A program made the translations under genes and the position numbers. A DNA stretch of 64,000 nt from assembly GCA_004764695.1 (NCBI GenBank), contig SMSO01000034.1, positions 3,162,001 through 3,226,000 of the forward strand. The letters run 5' to 3'. Below the pieces are notes generated by a model. It was given only the letters and a program-made list of their open reading frames with translations. It ran no database searches and had not been told where the DNA came from. This document shows positions 1-12,286 of this stretch, piece by piece (position 1 is the stretch's first letter; each line of letters starts with the position of its first letter). The DNA is from Schizochytrium sp. TIO01. Taxonomy: Eukaryota; Protista; Bigyra: Labyrinthulomycetes.

Positions 1-863
1 TTTCATAAATAACAAAAGTGATGATGAAAGAAATGATTTCTCTCTTTCGCCCATTTCGCATTTTGCGCGCATCTTCTCCCTCCTCTGCCTGGCCCTTCGG
101 GAAACGCCAAGAGATCTCTCCAGGGAGGGCGGCTTGGGCAGGCCTGGGGCGCTTTTTGCTGTGTGCAGAGCAGATTGTCTTCTTCTACTCGCTCGCTTTC
201 TCAGTTGTTGAGCTCCATCCTCGACGGCTCCTCCTCTCCATCACCTCTTTCACGGGTGTCCCTTGGTCTTGTATTTACGAAGAACTTTCAGAATAAAAAT
301 AAAACAAACTAAACTAAACAAACTAAACTAAACAAACTAAAATACGAAAGTGAAACAAACATTTCTTCTCACAAGCCAATTCGATCTTTTCTTTCTTTTC
401 TCTTCTCTTCTCTTTTCAACAAAACATGTTTATACATAAAAATTAGCTCTCGCGCGCAAAAAAAAAAAAAATAAGAATAAAAAATAAAAACACAAATGCC
501 ACCAGCCGAAGTCATCGATCGCAAGTCTCAATCAAACCTTCCTCGCGTTTGTAGGCCGCCTTACACAGCTGCCTCAGTTTCGGTCTTTGATCTTCTTGCG
601 AGCTTTTGCAGCAGTATTTACTCATCGCTCACTCATTCTTGAACAGATCGGGGAATATTTACAACATCCTAAGGCAAAATGATTGTTTGTAGGCCATTGG
701 AAAATAAACAACCCTCGCCGTCCAATCGGTCCTACTGCCAGATAGGCGAAACCGGTACTCCTAAGTCGTGGCCAGAGAAGAAAGCGGCTGGTTGCCTGTC
801 TTTTCGTCCCTGAGGCGCTCTCTCCACAGCCTTCGAGCTCCGTTAAGTCCTCGATTTCAGGCG

Positions 864-927
864 ATCAATCAATCAATCAACCAATCAACCAATCAATCAA
901 TCAACCAATCGATCGATCGATCGATCG
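864..927. repeat. (CAAT)n microsatellite grading into (CGAT)n
   Basis: Read directly: caatcaatcaatcaaccaatc...gatcgatcgatcg. Confidence 0.9.
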
Positions 928-1021
928 TGTGCTCTTCAAGTTTCTTGTCTCATCCGCTGTCTCCACTTTCGTATTTCATCGTGCTCTATCGCCATTATAA
1001 GGTATATGATGCATTTCACTT

Positions 1022-1088
1022 TTTCATTCATTCTTTCATTCATTCATTCATTCATTCTTTCTTTCTTTCTTTCTTTCTTTCTTCTTTC
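1022..1088. repeat. Compound (TTCA)n/(TTTC)n microsatellite
   Basis: Read directly. Confidence 0.9.
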
Positions 1089-4000
1089 CAATAGTTCTAC
1101 TATGAAAGACGAGGTTTTCCAAAGTTCTTCTTCGCATTTATTTATATATTAATTTTAATTCACGATAACAAAGAAGAATGATGAGAACAAGTAATAAGAA
1201 TACTCCGAAGAGGATAAGTCTCACTTTCTGCGAAATTGCAAAACAATCCTCACGAGTACCTGACTCACATACTTCCCTGCAGTAGCATCTTTCGCGATCC
1301 TCTTTGCACAACGTGAAGAAAGACACCCCTGATGGTCAACGAATATGGCACTACCGCGTACCCACCTCCTTTCGGCTTTTGCCTCCATTCCTGTGCAGAG
1401 CTCGACTTATCAATCTGTATTCACGAATAGGCATTCATTCGAATAGATTTCTCCCCAACGCCTGCTCTTTAATTTGCATGTTAGTTATAGAGGCCTAAAT
1501 AAAATTTTATTTTATAAACGCTTTTATTCATATCTTTCTGCTAAGAAAATAATAACAATAATGATAATAACAATGACAAAATGATAATGATTGAATTGAA
1601 GATGTAATACAATTGAAAGGCCTTCCGCCGTGACCACTCCTTCTTCTATGTCCTCTCTTTTGGAGGCCTAGCGCCCTTGTAGCCACTCTTACCAGGTTGT
1701 GTGCCCTTTGCTTTCTCATTCGGCACTGTTCTGGGATCGTCGCTTCTTTCCAGGCTCTCGAGGCATCACGATCGATATCGCAAATTAGATGTCGAGCTGG
1801 AGAGGTGTTGAAAGTGGGATTTGACTGCCTTCTCTCCGGACTGCTGAGATAACTGGCGTCTCCCAGAACGGCACTGCATGTCACGATTTCTATCATTCCA
1901 TGATCGAAACTTATTATCAAAATGTGCTGTTTCTTGGAGATATTACTATTCTTTTGCATTGCACTACAGGAAAATCGATCACATAAATAAAATGATAATA
2001 CACTTATTTTCCGTTTTACCTAAAACAAAAATAAAACAAAGCAAAGCAAAACAAAACAAAACAAAAACGTAACATAAGAATTGTTATCACCGCTGTCGAT
2101 ACCCGAAGAAAAAGAGTGACGTTTGTTACACTAATCGGCCTAAGGAAGGAACTCAAAGGTCTTCTTTCTTCGCTCTGCGACCATTCGCTTTCAATCCTTC
2201 ATTTCTCAAGAAAGTTTGCCGAAAAAGCTTCCCACTTCCCCAGCGCTATAAACGGCGGTGGAGACGCCTCATCTTAGGCGACCCAGTCGCTCAGAGCGAT
2301 CCTATTTGACGCCACGATTGAGCGAAGTGCCAGCCTCGAGGATCGAAATTCTTGCATGTTCTCTCTCTGGCTCCTTGTTTCGCTCTTTTTTTCATGTTCT
2401 GGGGACCCCGAGGTTCTCTTTTCCCATGTTAATTGATTCCCCGCGTTCCCCTTAAATGGCAACTTGAAATGTGGGACCAGATTGGCCAAATTGCTCTGGT
2501 TCTGATTCACGCTCCGCAATGCGCGGCGGCGGCGAGGGAAGTGCTGACAAAGTGGGACCAGCTCTGAAGAGCGTCTCAAGAACTCAACATCCTGACAAGT
2601 TCTGGCTGCTGAAAGTGAACACATTCGCCACCAAGGTTTATTGACGGATTTGGTTTTGTTTTTGATGGCAAGAATTGCTGGTGATGCTCACAAGGCTTTC
2701 TGAAAGGTTCCTAGGATGCGGAGCGCACATCATTGTGATAGTGATCCTATTCATGCTAGTAAACCCTGGTTTCTACCTTGAAGAGAAGCATTTTAATTTA
2801 TTTGTCAGTGTCCAAAAAATGGCAATCAGGCTCCCACCGAGAGAACATGGTGGCATGCAGCAAGGTGTTTATTAGTCCTCTGATAGATAAAATAAAGCAC
2901 AACGATTGACTCGTTGACAATTCTGTCGCAGTGGTTCTTGTGTTTTATTAAGTTTTCTAATCTTAGGTCAGGAACCACGGGCCCAGACCAAGTCAAAATG
3001 GCGTTCTAGCAAGCATTTTCCCCAGACCGCTAACCAGATCACATTTTGCAGAAAAGCACGATTCTGGTGCCAAAATGCGTAAAGCTGCCACCTTCTAAAC
3101 CTAAAGTTCCTTCTTCAGAACCTTATAGTACCTACCTTCTGCGCTTCTGTGCACGCAGTACGATCATTGGTCTTTGGAATTCTCCTTCGCACTTCGCTCA
3201 AGTACCTAAATAGAAACCTCTTACTTTCTCTTTAATTCCTTATTCCTGCGAGTTCTTTTACATTTTATACGCGCCAAGCTTTATTCTTTTATGCATTTTT
3301 TTTTAAAATGATTTTTTTTTTAAGTCTACACAGAACGATGATAGGAATGTTAAACTTTAATTTAAAATAAAAAGTGGAGGTTTGGTTATGATAAAGTAGT
3401 AACCCCAATCTTCATTTGATAGGTAAGTACTACGGATGGCTTTTAATTAAAAATAAATAAAAGAAACAAAAGAAAGTGCGTTGTTTGTTTAGTGATGATG
3501 CAATTTTCTCACTCCTCATTCACGGCACCAACGCCATGGACCGCGGATGTGGCAGGCCGCGAGGATCGTCAAGCCAGAGATGCTCAGACGGAGACCCGAG
3601 TGGAACTCGGCCTGCTGTGCATTTCAGGACGCCTCGCAGGTCGCCCAGTCGGCTTCGGGCCGACCCCAAGAAAATGTCGGGCTGATAGATCTTTGCATCG
3701 ACTGGTGGCCAGCATTTCATGACCGGCTCAGTCAGCGATATATATATATAATGAAATAGTAAACAGCGCTTTGGCCTGTTTCTTCAATGATAGAACAATA
3801 TATAGCACAGATTGTGAGTTTGTCGAGAGGGGTTAAAGTCCAAAGTTGAACAGCTTCCCTGTAAAATCATAGCGCAATCATCAGCCTCGCAAGGTTATCT
3901 ATCTCAAAGTCTGATTACTTTGTCAGCTTAGAGCAAGCGACGATCTGCCATATTTCACAGCTTTGCACCTAGCTAGAGGTATGCAGGTATGAGCGAAGCA

Positions 4001-4559
4001 ATTGCAAAGTGGGAGTTAGTTCTTCAGGGAAGCGCGAAAATGCATCTTTTTTAATCAAAAGCTTGCTCGAAAGAACGTCAAGCTTCGAATTGTAAGTTCT
4101 TGCGCACTTCAGTTGTTTCGATTTTGGCGCTTAGTAGAAGCGGTGGACCCTAGGGTTGATCTGATGTTAGGTAGAGCCGGCTAGGACTTGCCTGCCTTCT
4201 GTGGGCCATGAGAGCGCTAAGAACCGGGACCGTAGGAACTGGCCTGCGAGAAAAGCAATGGAGCGAGGGAGAGATCCAATGATTGATGGGCGAGCGAGGG
4301 CCTTCGCAGGGCGCCCCTACAGGGTCTTTTGCTACAACGGAGGAGTGGCAGGAACTACTTGAAGACTTTAAAGGATGTGAATGTAGCCACTGAAAAAATT
4401 GGACAAGTGAACGTCAGGTTGACGTGTTGGGAACACGGGAGAGCGAGCAGATGCGATGGCACAGAGAACTGGAGACGTGTATGGATTCGTTTTTTTATTT
4501 GTTTTTTCAGCATTTTGTATTTATCCTTTTTTCCCAATCAGTTTTATAAATAAATAAAG

Positions 4560-4613
4560 AAACAAACAAAACAAACAAACAAAACAAACAAACAAACAAA
4601 CAAACAAACAAAC
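4560..4613. repeat. (AAAC)n microsatellite
   Basis: Read directly. Confidence 0.9.
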
Positions 4614-6029
4614 AGCAGTGAGTCGGTAGGTAAGTAGGTACTCCTTACATTTTCTGGAGTGAGCCATTCAATTTGAAGGTGATAAACTCAATCAATCGAT
4701 CTTTCAATCAATCAATCGTTCGATCAATCGATTGGTGCCAGATATTCAAAGGAGTGGCAAGACAACTAACTGCCCACCTTGATCTTGGGGAACTCTGTTC
4801 CGGAGAGCGCCGCAATGATTGTGTCCGATACAACAAATCCCACTCGATGAGAGACCTTTGCACATCATGGCGGCAGAAACTCAAGCATTTATCATGATGG
4901 GCCAAACGCCAAACATGATGCAATCTAATCCCACTTCCAATTGAACTATATCTATGCGAGTAGGTAGGTAGGTAAGGTAGGGTAGAATTATTAGCAAGCA
5001 TGGATGATTGCATCACATAGGCCCAGAACCTCTAAGGCCCCTGCAATGTCCTATCTCATTTTGGCGGCTGAGATCGCGATGTTGCCTTTGTCCGAGCACC
5101 GTGAACCGAACGAAAGTCACCACACCGGCACCGTATCCACAGCCCAGCCACATGCATGCATGGTAGACCCGAGTTAAGTCTCCTGGCCCGAAGGCATCAG
5201 CTGCAAACAGCCTCCAACGGTGCTTGCTCGCACAAGATGCTGATCATGATGATTTGGCCAAGTTTTCATTTTCATTCATCTGATGGTAAGGCAAAATCGC
5301 ACCGCGTCTTGTATCTCTGCCACCTCGATTGAATTTTATTTAATTCATCGCGGCTTAACTAATAAACATTTCAATTAAAACTTATATGCTTTTAATTAAA
5401 ATTTAATGTTAAGATATACTTATAAACTGACATTACCATATGATAATTTTTAACTTCATTTCATACTTATCATTATCCGAATTCTTTCAAAAATTAATAA
5501 GAACAATAACTACAGCAATTATGAAAACTGTGTAATGCTTATTTCTCCCTTTCTATTCTTGACAAAAGTATATTAATTTATGCATTACAAAACATTAAAA
5601 GGGTTACTAATAAAATATGTGTACCTATTCGAAATAAATAACTCTTTAGGAAAAAACAAAAAAAACAAAAAAACAAAAAAAACAAAAAAAACTTAACTAA
5701 CTAACTAAATTAAAATAAAATTTAATAAAGAAATGAATAAATGAATAAATAAATAAATAAATAAATAAATTTCTAAAAACAAGGTGCTACGATTGACGGC
5801 ACTCGCCGCCACCCGCGCCACCCGCGGCAGCGTTGCCCGCACACCGCTCGTCGCTGGCGGCCCTTGCCTGCCCAAGAGCGCCCCGGAGGAGCCCCTCCCT
5901 CAGCCCTAAAGCCTGCCTCCGCAGAGAGCTGAGGTGCCGCAGCAGCGAGGCAGAAGTAGTGGTACCGGTCGGAGAGCGTCGACGCCAATGACAGCGGCGC
6001 CAACGTTGGAAAGGAGGCGGACCAGACAA

Positions 6030-6259
6030 GTAGGCTATAGGGCATGGTGAAAGTAGAACATAAAGTAGCTGCAAGTAGGCAATTCGCAGGCTAAAGTGAA
6101 AGTTAAAGGGCAATTACTGTAGACTATAGCCACGCGCTGGCAGAACAGGAAAGGGGGCAAGTGAAGTATAGCGCAGCTGGAAGTAGGTTATAGCGACTTC
6201 GAAACACGTTAGAGGAGGGGCGTAAAGTAGACTATAATGGAACATACAGTAGGTTATAG
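6030..6259 (+). promoter_or_regulatory. Cluster of five GTAGRYTATAR motifs upstream of the 6412 gene
   Basis: Copies at 6030 (gtaggctatag), 6119 (gtagactatag), 6183 (gtaggttatag), 6227 (gtagactataa) and 6249 (gtaggttatag). Regulatory role is inferred from position. Confidence 0.4.
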
Positions 6260-6411
6260 GCCTAGCCAGACGGATTGGGATGAGGAGCGGAGAAGCACTG
6301 GATGGGCGACCGCGAGGACGTGAACAAAGCGCGAAGAACAACCATCGCAGCAGATAGACCGTCGTCAAGTGATTGGAGACGCAGGTCAAACTTTGAGCGG
6401 TTTCCACAGAA

Positions 6412-6951
6412 ATGAGCGGTCAAGAAGAAGCTGGTGAGGCCCAGCCCCTTCGCACGATGTGCGAGAGCTGTGGCGAGGAGCGTGAAGTGGAAAAGGTCGA
6501 GGACGCTGAGAGTGAGAACACCGTGTTCTGCCTCGAGTGCGGCGAGGAGTTCGAAATGGTTGACCCTGAGGCTGCCAAGTACAAGAACTACGTCATTGGC
6601 AAAATTCTTGCCGTAGAAGCCGTTGCGAAGAAGGACCTCAAGAAATGCCAAATTGACATTGGTGCTGGCGAGCCTGTGCAGGTCGTCACCAATGCCAAGC
6701 ATGTGAACGAAGGTGCTCTTGTCATTGTGGCTACTGTCGGAGCTGTTGTTCCTGCAGGTGCCGTCGTTGGTGAGGATCCTGATGCTATTGAGATCAAGAA
6801 GACCTCCGTCGGTGGCGTTGCCTCTTCCGGAATGCTCTGCGATTCTGACATGCTTCGCTGGGTTGGTGGTGCCAAGGGTGTCGTGCAGACCCTCGAGGAG
6901 GCCGACTTCTCTGTCGGTGGCTGCCCTCCCTCAGCTCGCCCTCGCAAGTAA
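6412..6951 (+). CDS. Zinc-ribbon plus tRNA-binding OB-fold protein (PheT-B2/Trbp111-like)
   Basis: 179 aa ORF with strong codon bias. N-terminal CESC...CLEC. C-terminal VIGKILAVE..LKKCQIDIG..VQVVTNAKHV..VIVATVGA..IKKTSVGGVASSGMLC matches the tRNA_bind pattern. Confidence 0.88.
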   Translation: MSGQEEAGEAQPLRTMCESCGEEREVEKVEDAESENTVFCLECGEEFEMVDPEAAKYKNYVIGKILAVEAVAKKDLKKCQIDIGAGEPVQVVTNAKHVNEGALVIVATVGAVVPAGAVVGEDPDAIEIKKTSVGGVASSGMLCDSDMLRWVGGAKGVVQTLEEADFSVGGCPPSARPRK

Positions 6952-9656
6952 ACATGAACGTATTCACACAGTCAAATCCCAAACATTGTCTGTGTCTCTT
7001 TCAAGTGAGCAAAAAAAATGGCAATACCCATTCTGTTGCTTCACCTTGTCCAGTGGTCATCTGCAGCCCTTAGCACCTTTTTTGACAACGTAATTAGCGA
7101 CCAAAGACTAGAAAGGGCTGCTTGGTTTAGCTCGTTTTGCCTATACACAATACTATTAACCCTGAGACGATTAAGAAAGACAACAATATAATTGGTGCAC
7201 AATATGTCATCAATCTATGGATGAACACTCTGTTAATCTCCATGATTCAATCCTTATTTTGATGTACATTGTGACTGTCCTCTGTTTTCGTCTATAAATC
7301 ATCAGATTAGTTTCCGTTTTTCGTTAAGTGATTGCTTGAAGCCGCCAAACGAACAATATTAGCGTCTGCAACAATACTCTCAAAGCTGTATTTTGAGCAG
7401 CCAATGCATTCTCTTTTATAGATGAAACCAGTCAATCTATGCTACCGATCTTCAATGAAGCATGTAAAGACGTCACGTAAATCAAGTAGAAATGTTAATT
7501 TAACAACTCTCTGGACTATCCCGCACTTTTTTCTATTCGTATACATTGATTCCTCATGACAAGCCATCGAAATCAGCCGGTAAATCTCTACCTCCTAATT
7601 CTATATATTTAAAGACAACATCCTGTTCGTTCTCAAACTCCAATCTACATAGCTTTTCTGTACAAAACACACTCGTCTCCAAGATAAATAGAAGAGGACA
7701 ATGGCAATAGAATAATCTCACTACTTTCAACACAATTGTTTTTGAGATTATTTTAATAAAACTCTGGGCCGCAACATATAACCAGGTGCATTAACAATGT
7801 CTTGCCATTAAGCATAACCGCGTAATGTTGAAGATTGCGCTTGAAAAGTTAACAAAAGGACAATTCACCATTCGCTCTATACACTGTCACTATTCTGACT
7901 ACTGATCAGCTTTGGCGGATTTGGTCTTTTTTTGGAACCGTTTATTTATCTTCATTGCTTCATTGCTCGCCCGCTGCTACCTATCCACTACCTTGATGAT
8001 AGCGCCGAAAGGTCACAAATGCGTAAGAGCTTCTTCTTCCTAGCTTGTTTTCAAGTCTTGTCTGTTCTCTCTGAATCGCAAGTGTTCACTGTGGCGTCCC
8101 CTGTCGTCCTTTCTGCTTTCGCTCCTCAATTATCCGGCCACTTGTTTGCTTCTCGGTTCTCTGCACGTATATGCATCGTCGTCTTTCGTCAAGTGCTCGC
8201 ACTTTTTGACCACTATGCGATGTCTCGCATTACATTATCTACGTCATTCTGGGCTTGTTCTTTACCGACTCAGCTAGAAGCTGCTGTACCTACTCTTCGA
8301 ACAACCCGACGAAGGTAAGCATCCTCAGCCTTTCATTTTGTATCGATCGACCACTACGACGACGTTTCGACGAGGAGAACAACGAAGGATGGCTACAAAA
8401 GCAGTCTTGGTTTTTGTTGAAAACGAACAAAAAAGGGCACAGAAACACGGAGACCCAAGGTAGTATTGGCAAGGGAAGGGGTTTTCATGCTATATGTATG
8501 GCTCATCTCTCCTTTCGAAAATTATGAGGTGGTACGGAGGTTTTCATTTCATTTGAGGGATAATAAACCAAATTAAGGTTTTGGTCATTCTTTTAGTTTT
8601 CTCAGATACTACACAAATAAATGGCAGCAGACTGCTATGATTTCTTCCAGCAGACTGCTGACTTTTTGTTCCAGCACTTCCAGATCGCTTATCTACCTAC
8701 CACCTTTTGATAGTCCAGATTCTTCGGAAACTGCTAATCTCCAGTTTCCCAACCATCACGAAGGTGAAACAAGATTCGTGGTTGGGCCAAGCACAGCTGC
8801 TATAAATATATGCTTACAGGCAGAAGCTGGCATCTGAAGCATTTCCAGCTCCAGCTTCATAGGTAGACTTCCTTCGTGCTTGACCACCCCAGATCTCCTT
8901 CTGTTGTAACAGCCTAAACGACTTTCGTCATTGAGCTCGGAGCTTTAAGTTTTGCATTTTACGATGCGATATCTAGGAATGCAGCGAGGGCTGGTGAGCT
9001 GGCCACCAGCCAGAAAGATGAAGATACATGCCCACTCATTCAAGTAATTGATCCATTTGGGTTCAGGACGAGAACTCCTGCTTATTCGGCATTCGTCAGA
9101 TTTTAGAGACCTGCGAGCAGAGCACTAATTTTTTACACCTTTTTCCTAATTTTTCGCTATTCCAAACTATAGGATGACGTGCACACACCCTCGCTCTTCT
9201 GAGGTGTGATTATCCGATTCAACATCGTCAGCATTCCAGTCGATTGATCAATGGCCATAGATATTATTGATTGATTATAGCTTTACAACGAGAAAAAGCA
9301 TAGATGGAAACGAGCTGAAGCGAAGAATACCTACCTTTTGTTTTGGTTACATTGGTTGATTGATTGATTGATTCTATTATCATTTGGCCCACCTATAATT
9401 TTAATTAGTTTTATTGTCGGCACGTGCACCGAAAACTCTAATTTCACGCGATCAGTCAATCATCGATCAGTCGCATCAACTCCAGCTTTGGAATCGCAGA
9501 CTCTGCTGCGGTCGCTGCCGCGGGTAGACCCGGTACCTTTCGTGCAAACCCTTTAAAGGATCAAGCTGTGAGCTAGGAGGGGAAACAGACTGTGCGATAG
9601 CTTGAGCCTGAAAAAGTAGAACTCCTGAGGGGAGGGGGGCCGGCGGTGAGGGCGCC

Positions 9657-11141
9657 ATGACTACACAGGCCAACAGCGTCTGCCCCGACCCCGACCCTGA
9701 CTTGAACACGGGCAATCGTGGAGTAGGCTTGGCGATCTTTGTGATCGGCGTGGTGTACTTTGCAGCAGGTATTGCGTGGTGGATTTCAAGAAAGTCTCAC
9801 CCCCTGCTTCGCAAACGCAACTTTGGGCTCATCGTGCTCACTGCGGTGGGCTATATAATATGCCTTATATGGGGCGAACTCTTTCTGTACTATGGATCTG
9901 ATGATGTTCCGTGCGATGCATTCCTCTGGTTTTCCATGCTTCTCGTGCCCTGGGGAATGGGTCCTGTAGTTGCAAGGCTATACGCATTTAAAAATCACGC
10001 AAGTTTTGCAAACCTACTCCAAGAAGAGTTAGTTGGCGAGGATCTTGGGGGTCAAGAGAACATGTTTCTGCGCCCAAGTCTGGGAGCTCTCATCTGCGCT
10101 TTTCTTTCACCTTATCGATTCTTTAATAACACCAAAGAGCCACAAGTCGGCATTGATCTGAGTTCTGATAAAGAAGGGAATGTCTTTGAACGACAAGACT
10201 CCAAACTTGACCGTGTTGTACATGTATCTGACATCTCCACGCTACAACAAATTCGCGCCGCCTACTTTGCACAGTCGGATGCTATGGGCGTGATTGTCGT
10301 ATGTATATTAAGCATTCCTGGCATTTTCATCGCTACCACCTGGTCTGGAGCCCGTGAAGGTCCTTATGGTATGCACTGCTATGGCTGCGACGTACGCGAT
10401 GAAATTCTATACCCAGTCTTGCTCCAGGCCATTATTGTGGCAGCCATTGGCTTAATTGCACTTTTCATGCTAAGAAACGCGCCTGATCCATTGAGCTTGC
10501 TGAGGGAGCTCCGTTTTTCGTGGTTCTGCGTTTGTGTTTTTGGTGCCTCTCTTGCTCTTAGCTACATGGATCCCGGAGATCTGCGCTCCTCCGGCAAGTT
10601 TGATTGGGTTCACGTCGGCTCAATTGCGTTACTAATTTCCTTCACTGTGCAATGTCCTCTTCAAGTTCTTCGTACGTTTTCGGTCCGAAAAGGCTCCGTG
10701 AGTCTTGCTGATATCGACCAAGACCCAGATTTAAAGAAGGACTTCGAAATCTTCGTGGAAGGGGCATTTTTTCCAGAAACTGTTGCATTTCTTGAGGCTA
10801 CAGCAAAATATAAGTCTGCGCACGAGCGTGCGGCGGGCCGCGAGGCCCTACAACGCGCAAAACTCATTTATCAAGTTTTCCTTTCAAGAGAGTCTCTTAT
10901 AAGTCTCCATTTCGACAAGGAAAAGGTAGCCAAGGTTGAGAAGGCCCTAAACGGTGCTCGGGGAACACGAGACAACTTGTTTGATGAATTATTGGACGAT
11001 CTTGAAAATAACATTTTCAGCCGTGCTCTATTGCCTCTCTTCAAACCAAAGACACGCAATATGCCCTCTGGAGAGCGTATTGTAAGTCCTCACGAGGACT
11101 CCAGAGGGGATCGCATATGGGGACCTTCTCAGCAATCTTGA
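9657..11141 (+). CDS. Seven-transmembrane RGS-domain protein (7TM-RGS)
   Basis: 494 aa with seven hydrophobic helices, HPLLRKR after TM1, VPC before TM3 and DPLSLLREL before TM6. C-terminal RGS pattern LADIDQDP..FEIF..ETVAFL..KYK..AKLIYQVFL..LFDE. Confidence 0.85.
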   Translation: MTTQANSVCPDPDPDLNTGNRGVGLAIFVIGVVYFAAGIAWWISRKSHPLLRKRNFGLIVLTAVGYIICLIWGELFLYYGSDDVPCDAFLWFSMLLVPWGMGPVVARLYAFKNHASFANLLQEELVGEDLGGQENMFLRPSLGALICAFLSPYRFFNNTKEPQVGIDLSSDKEGNVFERQDSKLDRVVHVSDISTLQQIRAAYFAQSDAMGVIVVCILSIPGIFIATTWSGAREGPYGMHCYGCDVRDEILYPVLLQAIIVAAIGLIALFMLRNAPDPLSLLRELRFSWFCVCVFGASLALSYMDPGDLRSSGKFDWVHVGSIALLISFTVQCPLQVLRTFSVRKGSVSLADIDQDPDLKKDFEIFVEGAFFPETVAFLEATAKYKSAHERAAGREALQRAKLIYQVFLSRESLISLHFDKEKVAKVEKALNGARGTRDNLFDELLDDLENNIFSRALLPLFKPKTRNMPSGERIVSPHEDSRGDRIWGPSQQS

Positions 11142-12286
11142 AAACATAGGGCCAGCAGTTTTGTCTTTCACTTTCTCCCATTTTCATATTATCCATTGCA
11201 CAGCCAAAACCGATTTGAAAACCATGAATAATTCAAGGACTTTGTATTCACTCACAACACCATGTCAAATTAAAATCATAACTGTGAAGTTTTCAAGCTA
11301 TCTTATTGTTGTGAGTAACAAATAATACAGAACTTGTGTCAAAAGTTGGTTGCCATAAATAAAAAACCAAGAGTCCATGCTCCCACATCAATCAAATTCA
11401 GGCTTAACATAAACTTAATACTATAAAATCTTCCTTCAAATTCCTTTCTTAAATGCTTCATGTTCAACATACCTCGGCAGATTAATACAGTCTCCAATGG
11501 AGCTATCTGGGCATGCTAGTTTTCATCAGAAAAATAAATGCAAGCACGAAATAGTTGCTGTTCTTAAACAGGACGGCTAAAAAACTTTCTTTGATTAATA
11601 AAACTGGGCATCTAATAAATATGCTTTTACAGAGACACACAGATGTCAAGTGCAGTCGCTACAACTTGAACTCGACAGGCTTTCGTTCGGTTCTCGCAGT
11701 AGAGAAGTGCAAACTTCTAGCTATATTCGCTGGAAACCCACAGAGGAGATAAGACGAAGGCGGAAAAGTGGGTACAACCACACAAACGTATATAATACAC
11801 CCACATTCAAATAGGCAGGGTTAAGTATCAAAAGTGTTATACGGCCAGCACGTGCACAAGTAATCAAAGTTCTATGAAGAACCTCTCCCCTGCCTTGGGC
11901 GGACTTGCCAAAAGCCAAAACCCTTTGCTGCCACCCCGGACTCTCGTCCTCTTGGTTTGGGGAGCCCTGGTCTGTGCCACTCCAAGGCGAGCTGTTTCCT
12001 TGTGGCAGTCTCGTTGGATTGCACACAACGCTATTGTTTTTGTTTTTTTCTAAGAGGTTCATACATAGCCACAAGAGAAGGGTGCCTAGCTCAAGACGTA
12101 TCAGTCACGACGAGGAGAAAAGAGACATCGCTGCTGGCACTTTCCAGTCAAAACTCGATCATTGTTGGCTTCAGACCGAGGCGAACCAGCAACCAAATAT
12201 AAACTTACACAAGCAAGTGCGTGTAGAAAACAGAAAATATTGCAACAGAAACCGATCGTTGGTGGGCTGCCCAAGCGTAAATTGCC

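Noticed and set aside
530-560. tcctcgc loop suggestive of an HDV-like ribozyme (also the minus strand near 3560)
   Set aside because: P1, P2 and P3 pairings could not be built
1-5770. Many 60-140 aa ORFs in the first 6 kb
   Set aside because: Microsatellite-derived or random composition; no motifs or consistent splice structure
6030-6259. CRISPR-like repeat-spacer reading of the GTAGRYTATAR cluster
   Set aside because: Repeats are only 11 bp, spacers are uneven, there are no cas genes, and the context is eukaryotic
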